A stretch of DNA of 64,000 nt from Penicillus capitatus (taxonomy: Eukaryota > Plantae > Chlorophyta), in the NCBI GenBank assembly GCA_965649825.1, contig OZ287695.1, positions 496,001-560,000 of the forward strand, given 5' to 3'. The position numbers and the translations under genes are program-made. Below, in pieces: positions 24,379 through 35,245 of this stretch (position 1 is the stretch's first letter; the number at the start of each line of letters is the position of its first letter). Under the pieces are notes generated by a model. It was given only the letters and a program-made list of their open reading frames with translations, searched no databases and was not told the origin of the DNA.

Positions 24379-27066
24379 GCGAATGGCGTGTAGATGCAAA
24401 AACAGTCAACCGGTCCCGAGTCATCTGCTGTACCGAATGGATCTCGAGTCATTTCATACGTTAGACGGCGTAGCCCTTTCGACTATGTCTTGCCGTTCGT
24501 CTCGTTATCACAGAAAAAGCGTTTGAGTACTATCCAGGTCCGATAGGACCAAAACGCGCGAACGATCAACTAGACGCGGCGGCCAATCACTCGTTCTATC
24601 ATCAGCGGGTCACGTCATCTGTCCCATCGCGAATCACCGTCGGCACCAAAACCCTCAGTGTCATCTCATGATTCAATAATTCGTCCCTCTCAATGAAATC
24701 AAAGACTCCTCGCGCTTAAAACCGCACACCATAACTCAGAGACACAATCATTATTGTCATCATCGAGAACGCATTCGCGCGCATGACTACTTTCACTTTT
24801 TCGATCAATGAAGCGCTTCATTCGATCTCTGTGTGCTGCACTGCTTCCACGCATTCGTCGCACAACTTGACCATCAAGCAGTACTCAATCATGATATGCG
24901 CGGCTGTCTTCCTGGAACAAACGTGCCCGGCTGCACGAGCCATCATTCATATGATCATCCCCTGACGCTCGGAATCGCAAGAAACTCAAGCCAATCGCCT
25001 TCTTCGAGACGCATCGAATTGGGAGAAGAGGCAGCTGTCGGCAAGGGCGTTGTTGCTCCAGACTCTGGCTTAGCCTCCCCCAGGGGCGGTGAAAGAATCG
25101 GCCGATGCTATCGTGTCATGTCTGGATAGCTCCACCACACGTGATGTCACGCCAAAGACCGTACGCGGATGCATTCAAAAAACCACTAGTGCCACTCATC
25201 TGACGATTCCAGATAGCGTCTACAGAATGTCCTCTAACTAGATTCTTCACACGGATAGCAATTCTTGCAACTGAAGGTTATATACGCATGTACCGGATCT
25301 TCATCTGCGAAAAAAGTGAGAATCCACCTCTTTGTCTCATCATAATCCACCCCACTGCTTGCATCAACCGCACATCTGCACGTTCAGTTTGATCAGCCCG
25401 GGACAAAACCTGAGCGAATCTGAGTCGCTCAGTGATCTTCTCTGATGCTCTCCTGATGGAAGAGAGATCATCGCAAGAATTCGACGAAATCTGCAGTCAT
25501 TAATCACGGCAGAGAAGAAACACATGCCTGGCGCCGTATCTCACACACTTATTTCTAGGTCCCTCACAGAAGGAACGATGATTGCTGATCCATCGGTCCT
25601 TCAGCACTATCAGAACTCTTTGGAAACTTTCACTGGGCTGGCATGAAGTCCAAAACCCCTTTTCATTCCAGCAGTGTGACCTCTCACGTCCATTCCGATG
25701 CTTCAGCCAGAGGGTGTGTCTCGGCAGTGATCTGCACCAGCCGCCCAAAAGAAAGCACTTTTGGTTTACAGCTAGGGCAATACACGTCCAAGAATGCATG
25801 GAGGATGTGATCTTCAGTCGGCATAGGGCAAGGAAAGCGTGAGATTCTCCCAGTGTCCATTTAGATCAGATCACCCGGGATGGTCTTTCGCGTAGAAGAA
25901 AGATTTTTCTCGAGAGCTTCTCGCAGACAGCACCAGGTTTCGGGCAACGTCGAGCGCGTAGCGTGCCTGAAGACAGACAGCATGCTCCATGCTGCATCGA
26001 CGACACGGAGAGCAGACGTTGCGCCTACCATCGCCAGTCACATCACGGAATCTTCACGATGACGTCGGCATGTCTAAACAAAATCTGTTAGATTCTTTCG
26101 AAACAGGCGAACGAGAACCACGTTTATCGTGGTCCGTGCAGTCGATCCGAAAAAGCCACGGGATGCCCTTACGTAAGATATTGGTAAGCGCCTCTTCGTC
26201 GCAGAAAGGCACCTTCTGGGGTATAAATTGAAGAACGGAGAGCTCCGTTTGCCATTCCCGGGCTCTGTTCGGATTGCACGTGTTTTTCCGTGGTCGTCTG
26301 ACACGGTAAGCTTCTTGCGCGTTGAGATCGTGCTGTGATTCTTCGACTCGATAGGCTTCCGTGTTGCGAACGTGTCGTCAGATCTCCGACGCGACAGGCT
26401 TTCGCGCTCCGTCCATCTATAATGACGATGAAGCGTCTTTGTCGCATCTTTGTGTTGCTCGTTTTTGTCGTTTTGTCTGATGCAGACGAAGCCAACGAAG
26501 AACCGATTTCTAGTTGCAATCAGCAATCATGCACGAATACAAAGCTTGTCTATATGTACAAGAATTGCGGATGCGAAGGGATGGATTTAACAGCATTACT
26601 CGAAGTGAACGCAAGAAAGGAGAACAGCAAAGAACCTAGGGTGTCGTTGACGTCGCTCTTGGATGTATCTGGATCTATGTCGGAGGAGATGGACCTCTTG
26701 CACAGTACAAACAAGTTCCTGGTGGATAGCCTCAGCAGCCGTGCCGAGCCTCACAAATTTGGCAGCATCAAGTTCTCAACCTACGCCGAACCGTTAACGC
26801 CTCTGGAGCTCCTGACGCCCAGTTCGGCAAAAAGGGCCGATGAAATGATCGATAGCACTACATCAGGAGGCGGTACCGATCTTTTTGCCGGCATTGAGAT
26901 GGCCTTCGAGCAGCAGAAAGAAGACACAGGAAACGATGCAGATGTCCGCGCCGTGTTCATCTTTACGGATGGACTGATCGACACAGATAAAGGAATCACA
27001 GACGAAGACGAAATCATTAGAAGAATCGAAGCAATGGTTACAGACCGCCCAGACATAGCATTCTAC
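24195..27066. repeat. Inverted segmental duplication, arm 2 (pairs with 1-2893)
   Basis: See arm 1. Confidence 0.95.
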
Positions 27067-29832
27067 ACGTTCGTCTTAAGAACCAATGTGAACGACAAAC
27101 TGTTACGCCGCATTTCTAATGTCGGGAGAGGTACTTTTTCGGTTATCCTAAATGATGAACAAATGGCATGTGCATTCGGAAAAGCCATAGGAGGTAATTG
27201 CGTCTGCCCCTGTTTTCCCTGTTTTTGCTAAACTAGCGCGATTTCTTCCGTAGGTGTGGAGAGTGAGGTGGGGAAGGTCAAGTTTACGATCACTCCCGAA
27301 CCAGGGGTCATAATCAAGTCTGCGTTGCCAGACGAATTAGTCAGTGAAGCCGGTGACAGTACCATAGTCGTGGTAGACTTGAAAGACCTACAGAAAGAAG
27401 AACGAAGAAGCGCCGTCCTCAAAATCCATCTGGATAATGGTTGCGTCCTACCCGAACCTCTGAAGGTACAGGGAGAGTGCAAGGATACTGGTCTTCGCTG
27501 TGCCATTCAAGAGAACGTCGACGTGGATCTCCTCGAATTGGACAAAGATGCACCACCTGGATGCTCTGCAAACAATCAAGTGATCGCCGAAACGCTTCGT
27601 TATGAGGTGTATGAGCAGCGGTTGGACGAGGCAATAAAAGCAGCAGAAGCAAAAGACTATCTCGGGGCCGCAGACCTGCTGGACCGTCTTTTGTTTGATG
27701 TCGAAGATGCACAAATGGACAACGAGGAGGAATGGATGGTCAAGGCCAAAAAGGACATCAACCAACTGATAGATGACCTGAGAGGCATGACGAATCAATT
27801 GAATCCGGATGTCTTAATGCTTGATGATATGTATGCTGTCCGTGATTCCATCGTCAAGCAGAGGACAGGATCAACAAACGAAAACTTCGAAAGCGTTGGA
27901 TATGTCACGACGACCGCCAAAACGGCGATGATTACGTCAGCAAAGAGGCAAGTAGCACACATCATACCCGCCTCGCCTTTCACATTCTCGGTGAGCGAGG
28001 CAGTTTCTCAAAAGACGACAGACGGAGGATTGCATTATGTCGATGTCATGTATACCCTTGAGGCGCAGTCTATCAAGGAAGACCGACCGCCACTGTCTCT
28101 CACAGTCGCGGTTGATACATCGCAGTCGATGAGTGCCGATGCTATCAAGATCCTTGTGGACACATTGAAGCGCCTGGTTGAGTGGATCACTTCAAAGAAA
28201 GAGGCCAACGTCCGCCTTGGCGTCATCACATTCGGGGATACAGTTAAAGAACTGCTTGCCTTGTCCAAGCTCAGTGCAATCGACATTTCAGAAGTCGAGA
28301 AATCGTTCGATGCCATCCAAGCCAGTGGAACAGCGAAGATCGAAGAGGCTCTGACTAAGAGCATCAATCAACAGCGTCTCAAAGCGAGCTGCACTGGATA
28401 CAAGGCGGTATTTCTCCTGTCAAACAGCGCATCATCATCTTCCAGTGATTCCATCGTCAAGACCCTTCAAGCGCAGCTCGATGCATCAGATCCCGTGTAC
28501 GTGTACACATTTGCCTTGAAAGACTCTGATACTGTGCAAATGGGGGAGATCGCCGCAGCAGGAAACGGGCAGAAGTACATTCTGCAGTCGCCAAATGATA
28601 TTCCTTACAGCTTCGGCGACGCCATTGGTGGATTGATAGGTGTATCTGCCAAGTCCATCAAGGTCCAATTCACCCCTACCGATAAAGATGTTAAGATCGC
28701 CAGTGTCTTCCCTGGAGGGGAGCCTCAAGGACAACAAGGCCCCTTCAACGCTTCCACACTGAATGTGTTTGAGGAGGAGGAGATCAAGTTCCTGGTGTCT
28801 GTCTGTTTCCCCGAATCGAGCAGTCCCGCTTCATTACTGAGCATCTCGACATCTTATACCAATGTCTCCACATGCGGGATCGCCAACAGCGAAGTTGCTT
28901 CGATTGGTGCCGGCGAAAAATCGCCGACGACAATCGATCGACGACGTTCGGAGAGGGATGTCGCAAGCAAACTGAAGGAGGCCGCTGACGTATGCATGAA
29001 TGCTACAGATCTGGAAGTCATCAAGAATATAAGCAATAAGGCGTTATATATTGCCGATAAGGCAACAGAAACCGATTACAGAATCTCACTCGTCAGCGAC
29101 GTTGCAGATATCATTTTTGCCTTGCCCGATGTGAAGGACGGTACCAAATCCAGAAGCGATGTTTGTGCACAGTTAAACGCCCTGATCGATCTGTTGGAAT
29201 CGGAAAGATCGAAAGGCACCGGGAAAAACAACTTCTATATCTCCAAGTTCTATGACTCCGAGATTCGAAAGAAGAGTAGAGAGGAAATGGCTGAGGGAGT
29301 TGTCTCGACAACCGCGTGCAAAGAATGGACTTCAGCTGCCTCGCAGCTTCAAGCTCAGATCCGTGCCTGGAACGGAGATACAGATGCAACCAGTCCTTAC
29401 TGTCTGTACACCAAGTCTACCGAGCACTGTGGTGTAACATCAATGCATGATAAGATTGGCAGTATCTTTCAAAGCGATGTTACGGAAGAGCAGGACTCAG
29501 TGGCAGCGGCATTGATGCAGACGTTTACCCGAATTAAAGATGCCATTGGGCGTGATGACTTCTTAATGGCTATGAACGAAGCCTCTGCCGCCCTGCAACG
29601 TTTGAAGGAATTTCCTTGCAATCGTGAGCATGTCACTGACGCGTTTGCTTGGCATCTGATCGTAAGAAGCAAGGACCTGGTTGAATCTGTCCAAGCCAGA
29701 TGCAGCGAAGGACATGGGTCTGTGGCACAACAGCTCGATTTCATGGTCGACGAGGCAGTGAAAGACAAAGAGGTGAAGCCCTGGATGGAAACGGAAGGCT
29801 CCGCTTGGGGAGCGATCTCGTTTGCTTACTGA
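26428..29832 (+). CDS. Secreted double-VWA protein, paralog B (about 1110 aa, one intron at about 27193-27252)
   Basis: MKRLCRIFVLLVFVVLSDA signal; VWA1 LLDVSGSM..GGTDL..IFTDG; VWA2 AVDTSQSM..SGTAKI..FLLSNS. Each VWA is followed by a beta-rich and a helical segment. No TM segment. Confidence 0.92.
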
Positions 29833-31872
29833 AGCTTTTTTGAGTGGCTTAATGTGCACATTGCACGTGCTACAGCAGTTGGATGCGTTTTGGTTTTTTC
29901 TTTTCCCTGCATGAAACATCGGCGCTGTTTTGCCGGTCCTCAAGCTAACCTAATGCGTCCTGCTTTCCATTGCTGTCTGCTGTCGAATGGAAAGGGCCAT
30001 TGGTGTTATCAAGCCTCAACTCTTCGAGTGTTGAACACTCTTAGTAATCAAAGTCCAAATCATTGAGTAGAATTGCGTTTCTCTTCGCCTCCGATACGAC
30101 AACGTTATTCGCAACGATTCAAATGTCCAGCTTCTGATTCACTATAGCCTCTCAGACCAGAAGGAAGCTTGGTTTTATTATCCAACATCCATCCGGTGCG
30201 CGATTAGGACAGAAATGCTTCGCTTACAATCCGTCCTATTTCGAATTCTTCGCGAAGACGTCGCGGTCACACACTTCAGAGCCTCGAGATGGCGCGACAA
30301 TACACTTGTACAGTTGCAGGTTCACCAATTCCAAACGTCGTCCAGCATCACTCTCGAAAGTAAGTCGTTCAATCCGTCGTACGTCGTCCCACAGAGGAAA
30401 GTCGTCACCGCGGTGTCGACAGGAACGCCGATCCTCGCACGACTAGGCCTGATGCGGCGGCAGCTCGACTCGTACCCACGCTGCATTCTTCAAATCCCCA
30501 TCCAAAGTGATGATGGCTTCCATCGAACGATGCCATCGAGAATCTTCATTTTGTTTGTGCCGTGTTCCTTTCCAATGGCAGTCCATCATTAGTATTGTCG
30601 TCAATAATGTTCGGTGATGGACAATTACAGATCTCGATGGGCAAAAAATTGAATAACACGCGGTCTTGTCAACCTTTAGTGACTGACCTTTTAAAGTGTC
30701 TTCGAATTCTGTTTCCATGCGTTATATTTTACGTGCTTAGCTCTCCTGACGAGCCGTCGTCCACAAGTATCATTCTCGCCCTTGCCCAAGACCTCGAAAG
30801 AGTTCCGTGCAACCTGGCCACCTACTTCAACGTCATTCCGAAGGAGAACCAAGCGTCTTACAATCGAGCCCGCCGTTACCTCGACGAAATGCAGTCCTGC
30901 CTTCGGTTCCACAGCATCATGGCCCCGTACACACCTCTACCCGCAGAGAACACCCCAGTGCCCAGCGCCTCGACCCGCTCATACCGTGACGCCGCCCGCA
31001 AAGCCATGCCCCATGAGACACCCCAACCACTGACCCCCGCCCAAGTGCAGAGATCTACCCAGACACGAGCGATCCGGCAGCAAACCCAAGCGGTCAAGGC
31101 CCAGATCCGATGAGACGAACGCAGTTTCCAGCTCTGTCCAGTGACCCTGAAGGGAGACCGTCCTTCGTTCCGTCAACTCGGCATCAGCCTAGAACGGGCG
31201 CTGAAGATCACGAACCTGAAAGAGTATGTGGAAGACATCCGATCTGATCACGGCGGCAGATATTACGTGCAAATCCGAACAGATCTGGTCAAGCAGTTCG
31301 AAAGATCGCTCGACTGCTGCCTAGAATGCGCCGGTGCCACATGGGAATTGGAGCTCAACGACATCGGAACCTTCACGGTCAATAACTCGTACCTGTCGCC
31401 CGCGAAAGACAAGATCCCAGTAGTCATCAGTAACGTCGACACAGACATCGACCCAGAAGCAGCTATCACAGCCATCACAGAACAGAACACAGCCTGCTGG
31501 AAGATACCGGCAGCAGAACTCGAAGACTCGCACTTCGCCGCCCCGTACCGATTGAATCGCTGGAAACGCGATTCCTCAGGACAGTCCCTTCCAAAATGGA
31601 CACCGAGCAAGAACTTGAAAGTCTTCATATCGAAGACACTTCACGAGCAACTTCTTGGAGAACACAAGGCCCCGTTTGCCACCCTGGACTACATGATACT
31701 GCCAATCTGCCCGTTCGCCCGATTTCCCAGTTTCCCTCGCGGAAACACCTGATTGTTTTCGATTGGTTCAATGTGTTGGACACAATGATTGTTACACTCA
31801 ATGTACAGATGCACTCCTAATCTTATCAAAAAGGAGTTGTAGAAGCAATTAAATTAAAAAAGGCGGACTTCC

Positions 31873-33452
31873 CCAGAGATAATAAAATAAGCGTTCCTTC
31901 TCTCCTAGGCTGAGTTGCTCTACGTTCGTCTTCTTGAATGTAAACCACAGACTCTATCAGTTCTGTACACGTTTGGTCAATGAAATGGTCTGTACAGTTG
32001 TCTTCATCAGGCCCTACTGATGGTCCTCCGCTTCTCGGGCCTGAGCTTGCTGGCAGAGGCGGTCGTTTGACTTCACACAATGAATGCATCTTTCCGATCC
32101 ATCCGGCAACTTGACAGTGATCGTGCACCTGCTCCAGTCGACCAATGCTTCCATCTTTGCGGGAGCTAACGGCCCCAGAATCACTTGTCGAGCGCTGTCG
32201 AGAACGTCGAAATCAATTTGGCACAATGCCGGAGAGGATCCAAGCTGCACCTCAAGAGTGACCGTTCGCAAACTCGTTTCCACGGAGCCGTTGAATACTC
32301 TCACCTTTTTCTTCACCGATTCATCAACGAACTACCCTTGACGAGATGCCAGCTTCAGCGGCATCACATTAAGTTCCGCTCCCGTGTCAATCGGACATTT
32401 TCGACGAATCACATCGCTTGCATCAGCAGCCAGGCCACACTTCAACTGCAATTGCTCGTCGGGACTTCCCAAGTCAACCTCGATGACTTGATCGAGCTTC
32501 TTCTTTGGCAGACTCTCCACAAACGGCGCTTCCGTCTTTCGAGACTTTCGCCCCTTCTTCGTTCTTCTTCTGATCATTCAGACACAGCCAGCAATCGGCA
32601 CGACGATGACCTGGTTTCCCGCAATAGTAGCAAACAATAGGTGATCCTTGTCTGCCCCACGTCTTCCTCTTCCTCCGAAAGTTCGGAACCCTGAACGATT
32701 TCGGCTTAAAGATCCGGAGGGCTTACCAGGAGGGCTTCCTTGCCCTTGCGCATTTGATGTACGTTGTCGTGTTTGTCGACGGACAACGGGTTAACGACGA
32801 AGGCGTATGGATTACAAAGACTGTTGTAACAATTAATCGTTCGGATTTATACGCGTCAAATGTCACACACATCAACGCGTCCCGTGGCAGCTGCACGAAA
32901 GTGGACAGCTGTTCACTGACAACGCCGCCGGCCACAGCTCCCGTGTGCTTGTCTTCTTGATCATCCCTGTCGTTGGGATCTTGATCTTAGCTTCTGCAGC
33001 TCTCAATGAGACGCTTTTGTGGCTCTCAGATCCTCTTTGTAAAGTCTTCTTCCACTTTAGATATCTCTTCGCTTCTGCCGCTATCGTTTCAATCGACAAT
33101 TCATCGACGTCGTAATTGTCTTCCAGTCTATTCCTCAGTCGTGAAGGGAGCTTCGCCAGCAAAATCTCTCTTGCCCTCGGAAGCAGAACGGACGTCAAAA
33201 CCGTCTTCATCGTCTGGTGGTATCGTACTACGAAAGAGTGGCAGCTTCATCTCGCTCAAAGCTGTACTTGAGCAGATGTTTTTCTGCGTCCAAATCGACT
33301 CCAACTTCAATAATCATTGAGCCCAGATAAGACTTGATCTCAAGCCACATGGTCTCGAGCGTCTGTTCTTCTTCCTTCGTCGTTAACTTACGGGCCCGAC
33401 GGCAGGCTGCTCATGCGACGCCGAACGATGGATTCGATTTCTGCGGACATGG
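31873..33452 (-). pseudogene. Gypsy gag and aspartic protease (decayed)
   Basis: Zinc knuckle CYYCGKPGHRRADC near 32600-32640; protease IDTGAELNVM near 32370; several stops and frameshifts. Confidence 0.88.
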
Positions 33453-33569
33453 TGTGAAACCCAACTCGTGATCAGGACGAATAAAGGGGGAATGAGAGAG
33501 ACGATTGGCGGCAAGAGAATAAAGGAGGAAGCTGAACAGTCGTATCGTATCTTCCAGCGTTTACCTGTG

Positions 33570-34253
33570 TCAAACGTTTACCAATCTGTAAGCGAGAGTT
33601 TGTCTGGGCGTCGAAGCGTGTCCGTCGTCATGGGCCCGAGACGCGATTTCACACATGGCAGCCCCGGTTCCTCTAGATTGATCGAACGATTCCAGAAGAG
33701 TAAGGATTCTCTTGCCGATGAATCTGTGTGTTATTTCAAGTCGACCCAGTAATCTCTCGTGTGGCTTCTGCGTCCACACTGTAACATTCTTCAGATCGTC
33801 CCTTTTGATGGTCAACGGTGACTGCGAATACGCTCGCGCGTTCGAGTCGGATATTCCGCCTGCTGTGTCTATTACTTTTGATTGTGCTGTCCAAAAAGGG
33901 CCACACAGCAGATCGTCAATCCTCGTCAAGACGATTGGCGATGTCCATACGTATATCAGCCATAGCCACCTCGCCTGTCCGGGGTACTCTCTATTAAACA
34001 AGGACTCACAAAACGCGATCGCCGGATTAAGGCAACGAGGCAGCAGAGTAATGCCTCGCGCCCAACGACTTTTCGACGTCTCGACGGCTCGGTCTGCAGC
34101 TTGACCTAACCTTCCATCCCAAAAAGCCTGCGAAAACGTAGCGTCCACAACGGCTGCCTGCTCTCTCGTGAGGGGACGTTGAAATTCGCCGCCTGGAAAA
34201 AGCTTGCGGTTCCTCACAAATGCGACGTTCTCAGCCTTCGGCTCCACTCCCAT
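33570..34253 (-). CDS. Extra ORF of unknown function between the PBS and gag (about 227 aa from ATG 34253)
   Basis: Uninterrupted frame inside the element; no recognisable motif. Confidence 0.4.
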   Translation of the reverse strand: MGVEPKAENVAFVRNRKLFPGGEFQRPLTREQAAVVDATFSQAFWDGRLGQAADRAVETSKSRWARGITLLPRCLNPAIAFCESLFNREYPGQARWLWLIYVWTSPIVLTRIDDLLCGPFWTAQSKVIDTAGGISDSNARAYSQSPLTIKRDDLKNVTVWTQKPHERLLGRLEITHRFIGKRILTLLESFDQSRGTGAAMCEIASRAHDDGHASTPRQTLAYRLVNV

Positions 34254-34321
34254 GGAGTTCAACGCGAACCCCAGGACGACGGCGACTGTAGCGAGTCCGG
34301 CCGCAGTCGCGTGTGAGCCTC

Positions 34322-34333
34322 GCTCCGAAACCA
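34322..34333 (-). promoter_or_regulatory. Primer-binding site, variant of the tRNA-iMet type
   Basis: TGGTTTCGGAGC directly after the LTR CA, versus the canonical TGGTATCAGAGC (2 mismatches). Confidence 0.75.
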
Positions 34334-34693
34334 TGTAGACCAAGGTTACCGTCACCGCGGAAGTGCCGCGCCAAACGATAACAGCGGAAGACTTGTTACA
34401 GTGTTCGGAGAAGGTCTCGAAAGGTTCAACTTGTCCATTACATACTCGCGTGGTGACGCGACATGTCTAGGCAGTTGAGTCATCCAACCTCCAGAACCAG
34501 AGAAGAGGGCCTCGGATGACTCAACCAGCACCCCCCTAAGCTGTGAGCCATTCAACAACGAGGCAGAGTCCCATCGCCCGGCGACAGTTACCAAGGTAGT
34601 AACCAGCATCTCCAAAAGTTGAACTGCAATCATTCTCTTACACCAGAATGTCTGACGACAAGAATGAATAAACATTTATCTTTCGTCTCGACA
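34334..34693 (-). repeat. 5' LTR (360 bp)
   Basis: TG...CA ends; homologous to 18880-18998. Confidence 0.92.
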
Positions 34694-34752
34694 ATCTGTC
34701 ACCTCACAGGCAGATTCTGTCACTCCAGATTCCTGCCTTTCTCACATGTGTG

Positions 34753-35160
34753 GTCTATAGTGTGAGCAGATATACCCAGCGATCAACGAAATCTTACTGT
34801 ACACGGCAGTCCTGTCGAATGCAGTCCTGTAAAGGGAGGGAGGGGGTCAGTCGATGGTAGACACGGCAGGGTAAGGTGGCGGCCTACCTGCATCGGCGGT
34901 ATGGTGATGATTGTTTTTCTTCTTTTCTTCGATGTCGTTCAAAACGTGATCGATATCCGAAACGTGCCCTTGGTTCAAACACTTGAGGACGGCGGCGACG
35001 TGCGGCATGACGTGACGATTGAGCTCCTGGACATTGAGAGGCTCTTCCCCCTGCAGATTCACGTAATCGACCAAGAAGGCAAACGCCACGACGCTACGGC
35101 GCTTTGCGGTACGGGTGCCCAAAATTTGGTGAAGAGGTACTAGAGGCAGGACTGCAAGGT
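34753..35160 (-). pseudogene. Internal ORC5 fragment (copy 1)
   Basis: Matches 39364-39769; joined to the OXA2 remnant by a deletion of about 1.43 kb. Confidence 0.9.
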
Positions 35161-35245
35161 TTGCTGTTAACAAAATGCAAACGTCACATCATTCCCGCCA
35201 ACGTTTGGTACGACTGGATGTTTGGCTGAACATCGAGACATGCGT

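Larger units (their letters stand above)
22427..30741. other. About 8.3 kb cargo inserted in the LINE ORF1 (LTR/gag-like debris, trypsin 5' fragment, intact VWA gene)
   Basis: Base composition changes at both ends; a 7-bp direct repeat tctcctg lies at 22420-22426 and 30742-30748. Boundaries are approximate and no TIRs were found. Confidence 0.55.
21922..31858 (+). mobile_element. Non-LTR (LINE-like) element encoding only ORF1, inserted in Gypsy pol and itself interrupted
   Basis: Exact 14-bp TSD aaaggcggacttcc at 21908-21921 and 31859-31872; A-rich tail attaaattaaa. ORF1-like pieces at 22010-22426 and 30749-31752 (SYRDAAR, VVISNVDTDID, degenerate Cys/His knuckle). No EN/RT. Confidence 0.7.
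18880..34693 (-). mobile_element. Ty3/Gypsy LTR retrotransposon, decayed, with nested insertions
   Basis: TG...CA LTRs at 18880-18998 and 34334-34693; TSD acctg (18875-18879) / atctg (34694-34698); PBS after the 5' LTR; order gag-PR-RT-RH-IN on the minus strand. Confidence 0.92.

Noticed and set aside
22427-30741. Pack-MULE, Helitron or LTR identity for the cargo
   Set aside because: No terminal inverted repeats, no CTRR end with hairpin, no paired LTRs. The 7-bp repeat may be chance, and treating it as a TSD leaves a frameshift in ORF1.
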